A DNA stretch of 64,000 bases from a virus. A program made the translations under genes and the position numbers. The notes beneath the pieces were generated by a model. The model did not search any database. It was not told the DNA's origin and worked only from the letters and a program-made list of their open reading frames with translations. Positions 50,639 through 58,705 of the stretch are shown here, in pieces. The DNA is taken from the IMG/VR virus record IMGVR_UViG_3300042197_000642, positions 31,796 to 95,795 of that record. One strand, written 5' to 3'. Positions within the stretch are counted from its first letter, which is position 1. Every line of letters starts with the position of its first letter.

Positions 50639-50881
50639 CTAACTATCTTTTAGTCTACCTAAGTTGGTTTTAGACTGTTTTATCATTTTACGTCTAGTAG
50701 CCCTATTAAATGAGGTAAAGGATGGCACCTCTGATAAAGGGGTTATATCTTTAAAGTATTGTTTCAAAAACTCAACATCTTCATCTTTTACAATTAAAGA
50801 AAACCCAGTATCAATAGGCTCTTCTGGGATAGGTGAGCCTTCAAGCTCTTCTTTAGTTACGTGTACTCTTGGGTCTTGCAT
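50639..50881 (-). CDS. hypothetical protein
   Basis: ORF track; NRATRR motif. Confidence 0.45.
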   Translation of the reverse strand: MQDPRVHVTKEELEGSPIPEEPIDTGFSLIVKDEDVEFLKQYFKDITPLSEVPSFTSFNRATRRKMIKQSKTNLGRLKDS

Positions 50882-50907
50882 AAGAGAACAATATCATAAA
50901 GAAAAGG

Positions 50908-50994
50908 TTACAGCCCTAAAGCATCATACTCGTCTATAGAGTCATCTATAGTTCTATCGTGCTCTTTAGCGCACTGACCACATGCTTTACACAT
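50908..50994 (-). CDS. 28-aa Cys peptide MCKACGQC...
   Basis: Starts 1 nt after the endolysin stop; not in track. Confidence 0.4.
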   Translation of the reverse strand: MCKACGQCAKEHDRTIDDSIDEYDALGL

Positions 50995-50995
50995 G

Positions 50996-51556
50996 TTATT
51001 TACCGCAGGTTGGACAAACTTCCGATGCTTTAGCTTTCGCTGGGGCGGCCCCTGCTCCTTTAAACTTTGGACGACCAAACCCTACAATTGATATTTGTAT
51101 TTTCTTTGGGTTCTTCTTGTAAGCACGAAGCTTCTTGCAGACCTCGCCACCATTTCTTTGACTACCTTTTGCATCTCCAGATGTATTACCTTCAATGCAC
51201 CAAACCGTTCCGTCTTCATTGTCTTTAATAACAATACCAACATGGCTAATGCGATCTACACCATCTGCTGGAAAGTCAAAGTAAGCAATATCTCCTGGCT
51301 CTGGATCAGCAAGGTCACCATCAATCCAAGCATTTTTCTTTTTAAATGCAGCAGCACCGCCTGGAGTATAAACAGTATTTGGTACTTTTACTCCCGCTTC
51401 ATTTGCACACCACATTACAAAAGATCCGCACCAAGGCTGGAAATTAGCCTTGGTAAACGCACCATACTTAGTTTCATTGTCTTTAGGACCTTCTACGGTT
51501 CCAACTTCAGCTTTTGCAACTTCAACAAGTCGCTCTGCTGTGCCTTGATTAGCCAT
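50996..51556 (-). CDS. CHAP-domain endolysin/peptidoglycan hydrolase
   Basis: PWCGSFVMWC, PGDIAYFD, SHVGIV, IEGNT. Confidence 0.9.
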   Translation of the reverse strand: MANQGTAERLVEVAKAEVGTVEGPKDNETKYGAFTKANFQPWCGSFVMWCANEAGVKVPNTVYTPGGAAAFKKKNAWIDGDLADPEPGDIAYFDFPADGVDRISHVGIVIKDNEDGTVWCIEGNTSGDAKGSQRNGGEVCKKLRAYKKNPKKIQISIVGFGRPKFKGAGAAPAKAKASEVCPTCGK

Positions 51557-51558
51557 AG

Positions 51559-51969
51559 TTATTCTTTATCCCAATCTGTGTCAACTGGTTGCTCAGCTGG
51601 CATTTGACCATCTGGCTTTGCTAGTCGACGGGCTTTAGCCTCATCAATCTCTGCTTCTAGTTTCTTATCAGCTTGGGTATTCTTAGCATCCATTTCTTTG
51701 TTTGCTAATTGTGCAGACATAACGTCTTTAGCACCTGACTGGCCAATGAGTAAACCAGCAAGCGTTCCTGTAATAAATGTAGCTACGCTACCCAATACGT
51801 TAAAGAACATCTTATCGTTCTCTGATTGGGCACCAATTGGTTGAGTTACAAATAAAAGACCATAGAGGATTCCTATGGAAGTTAAAAATAAGATTGATCC
51901 TAAAGTTATGCCAAGAATGAATTTTAATCTGGCGTCTAGGTCAGCTGGTGAAAGGCGTTGTTTACTCAT
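51559..51969 (-). CDS. 2-TM membrane protein (holin candidate)
   Basis: Two TM helices; immediately upstream of the endolysin. Confidence 0.6.
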   Translation of the reverse strand: MSKQRLSPADLDARLKFILGITLGSILFLTSIGILYGLLFVTQPIGAQSENDKMFFNVLGSVATFITGTLAGLLIGQSGAKDVMSAQLANKEMDAKNTQADKKLEAEIDEAKARRLAKPDGQMPAEQPVDTDWDKE

Positions 51970-52159
51970 TTGATGTTCCTTCTTTTAGTCCTGGCACTAA
52001 GTCTACAGCACAAGTACCGCTAGCGACGCAAATAGGCGCTTTACACTCTGCGTTTTCCCAATTAGCTGGGTCTTGGCATGGGTATCGATAAGTCCCATCG
52101 TATCCGCATCCTGATAATAAGAGAGTTGATAGTGCTAGAAGTAGTATTCCTTTTTTCAT
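51962..52159 (-). CDS. small Cys-rich lipoprotein
   Basis: MKKGILLLALSTLLLSG-C lipobox plus four further Cys; start at 52159. Confidence 0.7.
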   Translation of the reverse strand: MKKGILLLALSTLLLSGCGYDGTYRYPCQDPANWENAECKAPICVASGTCAVDLVPGLKEGTSNE

Positions 52160-52169
52160 AGAAACTAGT

Positions 52170-52340
52170 TTAGTCGTCTTTTGGGTTTCGTAAAGGATAA
52201 GTAACAAGCCAAGCAACTAAAGTTCCAACAGTTGCCCATCCAACTACAGTTTTGGCACTGCCATCAAGCACAACCCAAGCAATAAACATGCCTAGCAGGG
52301 TCCATAACTGGTCCGCCATGTCTCTAAATAGGTTTTTCAA
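52170..52340 (-). CDS. small 2-TM membrane protein (56 aa)
   Basis: TTG start overlapping the upstream stop; DQLWTLLGMFIAWVVLDGSAKTVVGWATVGTLVAWLVTYPLR; not in track. Confidence 0.6.
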   Translation of the reverse strand: MKNLFRDMADQLWTLLGMFIAWVVLDGSAKTVVGWATVGTLVAWLVTYPLRNPKDD

Positions 52341-54295
52341 GGTTTACGTCTCCTAACGGCCTTACTATCTCCAGAAGGGGCTCCCCCTCCAGAACTTCCT
52401 CCACCTGTAGGTGTACTACCAGTTGTAGCAATACCTACAGCGTTTAGTGCAGCACCACTTGCAATGATTGCGGCAACTACCATTTTTTCAGCTTCTTCAC
52501 GTTCTTCAGGGGACATGTCCGCACCTATACTTCCAAGTGCTTGTAAAGCTTGCCCTGGATCGCTAAATATTGCGCCAATTAATTCTGCAGGATTTTCTAA
52601 TAAAACAAGAGCTGCGGCAACTTCTGCTGTAATTATAACTTGATTACCGTTTTCATCCTGCCTAACCTCGACAGGCGTACTTGGTGGAAGATCTGAGTAT
52701 TCAAGTCCTGCTTCAGCAATTGCTTCAGCAGTAACGGCTTCACCATCTGCCGCTTCAATAAGCGCATCAGCAATTACTTCTTTTTCTTCACTAGTAAGTT
52801 CACCATCCGCTAACGCTTCCTCAACGGCTTCATCAACAGCCTCTTCTGGTGTGGTAGGCTCTGAGGATGGTTCTTCTGACTGACTTTCTTGCTCTTGGTT
52901 GTCTGACTCTTGCTGCTCTTCTTCTCCTGAGGTTTGTTCCTCTTCAGAAGTCTGATCCTCTGTTGCTTCGTCTGTTTGTTCGGAGTCTTCCTGTTGTGGT
53001 TGGTCTTCTGTGGGTTCTGATGGCTCTTCTGTATCAGTTTCAGTAGGAGTTTCTGGCTCAGTAGGTGCATCTGGCGTTACAGGATCAAACGTAATGTTTG
53101 AATAAAAAGGTGCTGGAGCTGGTATAACTCTTGCTTCTTCTATAACTGTTTTTGCAGATTCAACAGCAGCAACGGCTAACTCAACTTTGTTATCCATTAC
53201 AACAATAGCGGCATCTAAAGCGCTTTCAGCATTTGTTAAGTTTGTTTGAGCTGTAACTAAAGTGTTTTGTGCAACTGTTACTACCCCTTGTTGGGTATTA
53301 ATTGCTTGTTGTTTATTAGATGATGTATAAACTGTTTGTTGTTCCAGAACACCATCCTGTCTAACACCTGTCCTTGGCCCACCATATACGTTTAGATTTC
53401 CATCAATGGTTCCAGTACCAGTCCATTCACCTGTACTTGGGTTTACTGTCATATCCCATGAGATATAGGTAAGGGGACCATTGTTGTCTCCAAACCTATG
53501 AAGAGTCCAGTCAATACCTAAAGTGGTTTCGGTTGTAGTAACAACAACAGAAGCGCCAGCCCCTGCGCTCATGTAGTCAGATTGAAATATGTAAATTCCA
53601 TCTTGAGTTTGGTTAGGCCAATCCCAATAAGTCCAATCAGGCCCACCAAATGAAATAGTTGCTTTGGAGCTCACGTATATTTGACTTGCATTACCTTGAC
53701 CTTCAAAAACAGTATCTCCCATTTTAATATCAAATGGGGTTTGAATCTTGGTTGCAGCATCCCACATTGCGGGAAGAGTAGTAGTTGTTACCGTTGGGGT
53801 TTCTGGTGCAACTGGGGCAACATACCCATCGGTTGTGTAGTTCATGCTTCCTAATGGGGCGTTTTGAATATCAGTTAATTCTTGTTGTTCTGCGGTTAGT
53901 GTTGTCTGAGCAACAACAACAATTGCTTCTTTATCTTCAACTACTGCAATAGCATCGTTTACATCTTCAATAGCAACTTCAGCCTCTGTAATAGCAACAC
54001 TAGCTGTGCTAATTGCCTCTTGCACTTCTGGTTCAGAAGAGACAGCTTCAGAAGAAGGGATTACAACAGTAGTTAATTCGGTAGATGTAGCGGTTAGGGT
54101 TTCCTGTGCAGCAGTTACAGCTTGCTCTGGAGTGACGGGTTGTACCTGTACTTGTTCTGAGCTAGAAGGAACCTCGTTTGCATAAGAATAAGACATGCCA
54201 AAGACTAGGAATAGGATGACTATTCCTCCACATAGTAGAAGTCTTCCAGTATTAAATAAGCCAGATAATGCTGCGAATATACGCAGTTTTTTCAA
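52337..54295 (-). CDS. large secreted/surface protein with coiled coils, beta domain, acidic linker and C-terminal TM
   Basis: Signal peptide ending SYA; E/Q/S/T-rich linker; hydrophobic C-terminal segment followed by RRRKP. Confidence 0.7.
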   Translation of the reverse strand: MKKLRIFAALSGLFNTGRLLLCGGIVILFLVFGMSYSYANEVPSSSEQVQVQPVTPEQAVTAAQETLTATSTELTTVVIPSSEAVSSEPEVQEAISTASVAITEAEVAIEDVNDAIAVVEDKEAIVVVAQTTLTAEQQELTDIQNAPLGSMNYTTDGYVAPVAPETPTVTTTTLPAMWDAATKIQTPFDIKMGDTVFEGQGNASQIYVSSKATISFGGPDWTYWDWPNQTQDGIYIFQSDYMSAGAGASVVVTTTETTLGIDWTLHRFGDNNGPLTYISWDMTVNPSTGEWTGTGTIDGNLNVYGGPRTGVRQDGVLEQQTVYTSSNKQQAINTQQGVVTVAQNTLVTAQTNLTNAESALDAAIVVMDNKVELAVAAVESAKTVIEEARVIPAPAPFYSNITFDPVTPDAPTEPETPTETDTEEPSEPTEDQPQQEDSEQTDEATEDQTSEEEQTSGEEEQQESDNQEQESQSEEPSSEPTTPEEAVDEAVEEALADGELTSEEKEVIADALIEAADGEAVTAEAIAEAGLEYSDLPPSTPVEVRQDENGNQVIITAEVAAALVLLENPAELIGAIFSDPGQALQALGSIGADMSPEEREEAEKMVVAAIIASGAALNAVGIATTGSTPTGGGSSGGGAPSGDSKAVRRRKP

Positions 54296-54328
54296 TTACT
54301 CTCCCTGTAATTAGATACAGTTAGTATA

Positions 54329-54520
54329 CTAAATAAGTAAATTATCTGGGTCGTAAATAGACAATGCTATTTCTTTAAGTGTCTTGTGTGCTCTTGCGTG
54401 ATGACCACAAAACATTAATTGGCCGTTCATAAATGTAGCAATAACTTTAGCTGCAGCATTGCATTTGTCGCAACGGTCGTTACTAGTGAGGCTAGCGTCC
54501 TCAAGTACGATCGTGTTCAT
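54329..54520 (-). CDS. small zinc-binding protein (DRCDxC...LMFCGHH)
   Basis: Resembles small conserved actinobacterial proteins; likely start MNTIV at 54520. Confidence 0.6.
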   Translation of the reverse strand: MNTIVLEDASLTSNDRCDKCNAAAKVIATFMNGQLMFCGHHARAHKTLKEIALSIYDPDNLLI

Positions 54521-54521
54521 G

Positions 54522-54689
54522 CTATTTTCTTGCTTTCTTGTTTTCTTTAGCCCACTCTGACTCGTAATAACGAGACATTTCATCAATAGTTTCTGGAGTG
54601 GCGTACCACTCTTCTGGCCAATCTAAATAAACAGGTTTTTTATTATATTTACGATTGCTGTCGTTAGCTCTGTTTTTTGGGGCACCCAT
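54522..54689 (-). CDS. small hypothetical protein (55 aa)
   Basis: MGAPKNRANDSNRKYNKKPVYLDWPEEWY...; fills the gap between coupled genes; not in track. Confidence 0.4.
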   Translation of the reverse strand: MGAPKNRANDSNRKYNKKPVYLDWPEEWYATPETIDEMSRYYESEWAKENKKARK

Positions 54690-54691
54690 AA

Positions 54692-54946
54692 TTAACGTTT
54701 CTTTTTGGTGGCTTTCTTCTTAGCTGTCTTTTTAACAGCTTTCTTTGCAGACTTCTTAGCAATCTTCTTAACTGCTTTCTTCTTTGTTACTTTCATTTCT
54801 CGTGATGTCCCTTCAAATATCCAACCATCGTTATCTCTATCAATTGGTAGTTTCTTTGGTCGCTTGTTCTCAATTACTACATTTACAGTAATAATAACCG
54901 CCATTAGTCCAAGAACTAGACCTACTATTAGAATACCATTTTCCAT
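54692..54946 (-). CDS. membrane-anchored protein with a histone-H1-like Lys/Ala tail
   Basis: N-terminal TM; KKKAVKKIAKKSAKKAVKKTAKKKATKKR; AGGAGG RBS. Confidence 0.65.
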   Translation of the reverse strand: MENGILIVGLVLGLMAVIITVNVVIENKRPKKLPIDRDNDGWIFEGTSREMKVTKKKAVKKIAKKSAKKAVKKTAKKKATKKKR

Positions 54947-54947
54947 A

Positions 54948-55124
54948 TTACTTTCCTCCTAAATACTTCTTACGTCTTTCAGAAAAAGCTGCTTGGTTTT
55001 TGGCGGCTTCTTGTACTTCTGGACGTGCGCCCGCTAATGCTTCGGGTGACTTGCGAGCAAGGTGCACTTCCCACATAAATTCTTCATCACGTTTAGATTG
55101 TGCATCTTGCTGGCGATTAATCAT
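54948..55124 (-). CDS. small hypothetical protein (58 aa)
   Basis: MINRQQDAQSKRDEEFMWEVHL..., TAATG-coupled; not in track. Confidence 0.5.
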   Translation of the reverse strand: MINRQQDAQSKRDEEFMWEVHLARKSPEALAGARPEVQEAAKNQAAFSERRKKYLGGK

Positions 55125-55354
55125 TATTTGTTTTTCATGTCCTTAAGCCAATGTTTTGCGTTTGCACCCATACGCATGCCTTTAGCACTAACGGGTAAAT
55201 CACCTAAGCTTTCGACTTCACTTACTTTTAAATCAGGGTTTAAACCAACAATATAACCACCGCTATCCGCTTCTGACTTTGTGTGTGCAGCCTCTTGTTT
55301 CTTAGCGCGGTCAAATAGTGGGAACTGGTCATCATTCTTACGATATATAGCCAT
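55124..55354 (-). CDS. hypothetical protein
   Basis: ORF track; GAGG RBS. Confidence 0.5.
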   Translation of the reverse strand: MAIYRKNDDQFPLFDRAKKQEAAHTKSEADSGGYIVGLNPDLKVSEVESLGDLPVSAKGMRMGANAKHWLKDMKNK

Positions 55355-55399
55355 TGTGCCTCATTCTTCTTGTTAATAGTATAAGAATACTAGTATAAG

Positions 55400-56221
55400 T
55401 TACTGTTGGTATCTTAAGTAAGACCAAAGTCCTGTGAACTTTCGGTCTTGGGGCTTAAACCCAGCAGTTACTGCATGGTAAAGTTTAAACATATCTGGGC
55501 AAACAAGGTCTCCTTGTTGCCATTTATGCACAAGACGGTTATCTTCATCGTTGTAGACTTGATCTGTTATTTCCTGTAACAGAGTTCGATAAACATTATT
55601 TTCATCTTCTGTAGCAGGTCTTCCATCAAAAGAGGCTAACTCTATATTTTGTACTCTAATATGAGTCCTTAAGTCTGCTCTAATAGTAGGTGCTCCAGAC
55701 AACCAATGTGGTCTTACTATTTTTGTATCTGTTTTATTCCCATGTCTATCTCTATTTTTAAACACACATTTATTTAAAAAGTCTTGTTTTTCAGTAGATA
55801 AAGAAGAGTATAAATAGCAAGAGTCATAGAAGTAAGTTTTACCAGCCTCTTCTGAACATTTAAATATTAAGTTGTTCCAAGTTGAAAATATAATAGGTTC
55901 TGTAAAATAAGGATGTTCAACATGCCAACCTAAACCTATTTCATCTGGTCCTTTTTCTAAATGAAACCCATTAGTAGCGTGGTCTTCAGTGTACCTATAC
56001 TCTGTTTTTTCATCAGAGTTTGGATAAATGTACCCAGCATTTGTAACGGAAGAGAAGTAGTCACCTAAAGCAAATGAAAATATAGCTTGGTCTTCTTTGC
56101 TTAGGTTAGCCCCTCTAAATGCTACTACATGCTTATTTTCATACCCAGAAAAATGCAGAGGTATGCTGTCTAACATTTCTTCTAATGAAGATACGTAAAT
56201 TGGTTCGGTATAGTTTGCCAT
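55400..56221 (-). CDS. TauD/TfdA-family 2OG-Fe(II) dioxygenase
   Basis: VVAFRG, WHVE, GKTYF.D, HKWQQGDLV..D....H. Confidence 0.8.
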   Translation of the reverse strand: MANYTEPIYVSSLEEMLDSIPLHFSGYENKHVVAFRGANLSKEDQAIFSFALGDYFSSVTNAGYIYPNSDEKTEYRYTEDHATNGFHLEKGPDEIGLGWHVEHPYFTEPIIFSTWNNLIFKCSEEAGKTYFYDSCYLYSSLSTEKQDFLNKCVFKNRDRHGNKTDTKIVRPHWLSGAPTIRADLRTHIRVQNIELASFDGRPATEDENNVYRTLLQEITDQVYNDEDNRLVHKWQQGDLVCPDMFKLYHAVTAGFKPQDRKFTGLWSYLRYQQ

Positions 56222-56236
56222 GTGCTGCTCCTTTAG

Positions 56237-56527
56237 TTACTTTTCGTTCTCCCTTTTACCGGCACGGCGTTTGTTTTCTTTAGCCGTGTTCTTACCATGC
56301 TTCAATGCTCTTAGGTTACCTTTAGAGTCATTGTTGTGGTTGTTGTCCTTATGGTCAACATCCGTTCCTCGTGGTAGTTTTCCATTCTTTGATTCATAAT
56401 CGGCCCTAGCTTTATTCTTAGATGTAGTAACCCATTTACCGCCTACCTTTTTCTTGTAGACGTAGATTGGACGACCTCCATTCGCTTTGGAACCTTTGTA
56501 AGGGCCAAACTTCTTGGTCTCTGCCAT
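56237..56527 (-). CDS. HNH endonuclease-like protein
   Basis: DVDHKDNNHNNDSKGNLRAL....N. Confidence 0.7.
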   Translation of the reverse strand: MAETKKFGPYKGSKANGGRPIYVYKKKVGGKWVTTSKNKARADYESKNGKLPRGTDVDHKDNNHNNDSKGNLRALKHGKNTAKENKRRAGKRENEK

Positions 56528-56621
56528 TATTGTCCTAACCTTATATACTTACAACCAACTCTTAAGTCATCTTCGTCAAGCCATTTGTCAAGATACCCTG
56601 CTTCAGAAGCGACTTCCATTA

Positions 56622-56786
56622 CTACTTCTTTTTCTTCTTTGCTGCGTTCATATTGTCAATTAGATTTGGATATGGACGCCCTGCCGCTTTAGCTCTTGCT
56701 TTAGCTGCAGCTTTCTTCTTTGGTGATAACTTCTTATCCTTACCTGTTGGATCTTTCTTTTCCCATACTGGTTTATCTTTTGCCAT
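56622..56786 (-). CDS. small basic protein (54 aa)
   Basis: MAKDKPVWEKK...KAAAKARAKAAGRPYPNLIDNMNAAKKKKK*; not in track. Confidence 0.65.
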   Translation of the reverse strand: MAKDKPVWEKKDPTGKDKKLSPKKKAAAKARAKAAGRPYPNLIDNMNAAKKKKK

Positions 56787-57094
56787 TATTCAACCTTTCT
56801 AAAGTCGTGCACAGCATCTACTGTAAATCCATGCGGGCTTTCAAAATGCATTTCTCCCTTTTTAGTACCATCTTGTTGTATAACATCATCAGGTTTAATA
56901 GCAGAAACTCTATATATCTTTACAGGAGCTTTTGGGTTTACTCCAATAGGAAGTTTGGTTTTACCGTACATTGCGGCTTGTTCTGGGTCGTTAGTAGCCC
57001 AAGCAGGTCCAGTAACTAGCCTATCTCCTAAAGAAGCTCTGGTACCGTGATAAAGTTCAAACTGATTTTCACTTGGATCCATTAGCAATCCCAC
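56786..57094 (-). CDS. putative ADP-ribosyltransferase (Arr-like fold)
   Basis: LYHGT, AWAT.D...A..YG, KIYRV, F.S..GF.V. Confidence 0.45.
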   Translation of the reverse strand: MGLLMDPSENQFELYHGTRASLGDRLVTGPAWATNDPEQAAMYGKTKLPIGVNPKAPVKIYRVSAIKPDDVIQQDGTKKGEMHFESPHGFTVDAVHDFRKVE

Positions 57095-57339
57095 TTTCTA
57101 AGCGCAAGCGCCTTACGTGTTGGTTTTCCATTCTTTTCCATTGGTCCAGGCATTCCACCCATACGTGCACAAAATGATTTACGACGAGATGCTGCTTTAG
57201 GAGACTTCTTTGCTTGTTTTGCAGAAACAGGTGGTTTTAAATTATGACCTTGTGCTTTTGCACTTGCACGGCCTTTAGCGTTTAATCCGCCCTCAGGGTT
57301 CTTACCTTCTTTGCGTTGCCACGCTGGTGATTTAGCCAT
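57082..57339 (-). CDS. small basic conserved phage protein
   Basis: WQRKEGKNPEGGLNAKGR...RRKSFCARM...LRKWDC. Confidence 0.7.
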   Translation of the reverse strand: MAKSPAWQRKEGKNPEGGLNAKGRASAKAQGHNLKPPVSAKQAKKSPKAASRRKSFCARMGGMPGPMEKNGKPTRKALALRKWDC

Positions 57340-57536
57340 TAGTGTGGGTTCTCCTTATGCCAATCTTTAACAGCTTTAATACCCTGTTTAACGGTCTTAG
57401 AGCCGCCTTTTTTAGTTAAGTTAATTTTATCGTATTTACCGGCTTTTGCCTTTGCTTCGTGGTCAACAATAATGTTGCCCTTTTTGTTCTTTTTTACGGT
57501 GTGTTTTACACCTTTAACTTTAATAGTTTTAGCCAT
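57339..57536 (-). CDS. small basic protein
   Basis: TAATG-coupled; Lys-rich. Confidence 0.6.
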   Translation of the reverse strand: MAKTIKVKGVKHTVKKNKKGNIIVDHEAKAKAGKYDKINLTKKGGSKTVKQGIKAVKDWHKENPH

Positions 57537-57673
57537 TATTTAGCAGCTTTCTTACCAGATGGAGGCCAGGTATCAAGAACTTCTCTTATTTTTCCATTTT
57601 TACCTAAGCGAACTATTTTTTTGTCTTTAATTTGAATAGGGTTAAATCCATCATGACGTATACGCTTAGACAT
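57536..57673 (-). CDS. small basic protein (45 aa)
   Basis: MSKRIRHDGFNPIQIKDKKIVRLGKNGKIREVL...; not in track. Confidence 0.55.
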   Translation of the reverse strand: MSKRIRHDGFNPIQIKDKKIVRLGKNGKIREVLDTWPPSGKKAAK

Positions 57674-58064
57674 AAGTTAGACCGTCCTCACTAGAGGTTT
57701 CTTTAACAAAACCTTTTTCTCTATCAAATAGAACATAGTCTATATCGATTACATTGAACGTTTCATAAAACATAGCAATAACAGCTTGTAAGTTAAGTCT
57801 ACCGCAAGTATATAAATCAAATTGGATTAATCCAGGATCTTCTTCATCCCAGATGTGAAAAGCAATATGACTAGTTTCTATCATTACGATAGCCGTTAAT
57901 CCACGATTACCTGGTTTATCAACATATGAAGCAAATGGACCTTTGATAATTTTCATATCAATGTTCTCAACAAGACGTGTTAAAAACCCAATTCCTTCTT
58001 CTTCAGAATTAATAGGATTTTTTACTCTAGCATTAACTAATAAATGCTTATGATAAAGAGTCAT
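57666..58064 (-). CDS. speD: S-adenosylmethionine decarboxylase proenzyme
   Basis: HKHLLV, GLTAIVMIETSHIAFHIW (pyruvoyl Ser), FDLYTCG. Confidence 0.85.
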   Translation of the reverse strand: MTLYHKHLLVNARVKNPINSEEEGIGFLTRLVENIDMKIIKGPFASYVDKPGNRGLTAIVMIETSHIAFHIWDEEDPGLIQFDLYTCGRLNLQAVIAMFYETFNVIDIDYVLFDREKGFVKETSSEDGLTYV

Positions 58065-58231
58065 CGTTCTGGCGTCCTAACTGCTCGATTAATTGCATCC
58101 GATGCTTGTTCAGCAACGTTGTATCTTTGGACGCTCATTCGAGGGCCGCTATACAGACCTAAATTTATCATACGAAACTGACGATTAATAGGTTGTTTAG
58201 AGTCTTGTTTTACTCGTTTCTTATTTGCCAT
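58061..58231 (-). CDS. small basic protein (56 aa)
   Basis: MANKKRVKQDSKQPINRQFRMINLG...; stop overlaps the speD ATG; not in track. Confidence 0.5.
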   Translation of the reverse strand: MANKKRVKQDSKQPINRQFRMINLGLYSGPRMSVQRYNVAEQASDAINRAVRTPER

Positions 58232-58418
58232 CTGGGTTAGGAAACTTTCCGCTATTTCCTAAAGCGATAGCTTCATCAGCATGTTGACGAAATTCAGGTG
58301 TCTCTATTTCAGTGCTTTTAAACTGGCGACCTGCAATGCCTTTTTGCACAGGACCAAAAGGAGATTTTTTAGCCATCTTCTTTACTTGTGCTTCTGTGAA
58401 GCCTATAACTTTACCCAT
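58221..58418 (-). CDS. small hypothetical protein
   Basis: ORF track; contains AGRQF. Confidence 0.5.
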   Translation of the reverse strand: MGKVIGFTEAQVKKMAKKSPFGPVQKGIAGRQFKSTEIETPEFRQHADEAIALGNSGKFPNPDGK

Positions 58419-58429
58419 GAATATATTAT

Positions 58430-58690
58430 CTACTCTAGCTCTGGTTTATCGAAGGCTGAACTAGAATAGTATTCTTTATATGCAGTTGATAGTAGTGGAA
58501 CAATTTGAGAGATTTTTGTTGGGTGGTGGTCTGTAAAGTGGTCTATCCAACCTTTAATATGTGCAATACGGGGCGCACAGCCGTTATTAACATCCCTCTT
58601 GCATAGACGTGCAATATCGCCTACATCGTTTTGTTCATCGGTTTGACCAAACAACCAGGTAGTGAATAGCATGGTAGAAGGGTAAGACAT
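58430..58690 (-). CDS. YozE SAM-like domain protein
   Basis: FTTWLFGQ...VGDIAR...D...P; AYKEY. Confidence 0.55.
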   Translation of the reverse strand: MSYPSTMLFTTWLFGQTDEQNDVGDIARLCKRDVNNGCAPRIAHIKGWIDHFTDHHPTKISQIVPLLSTAYKEYYSSSAFDKPELE

Positions 58691-58705
58691 CTTTAAAGTA
58701 ATGTC

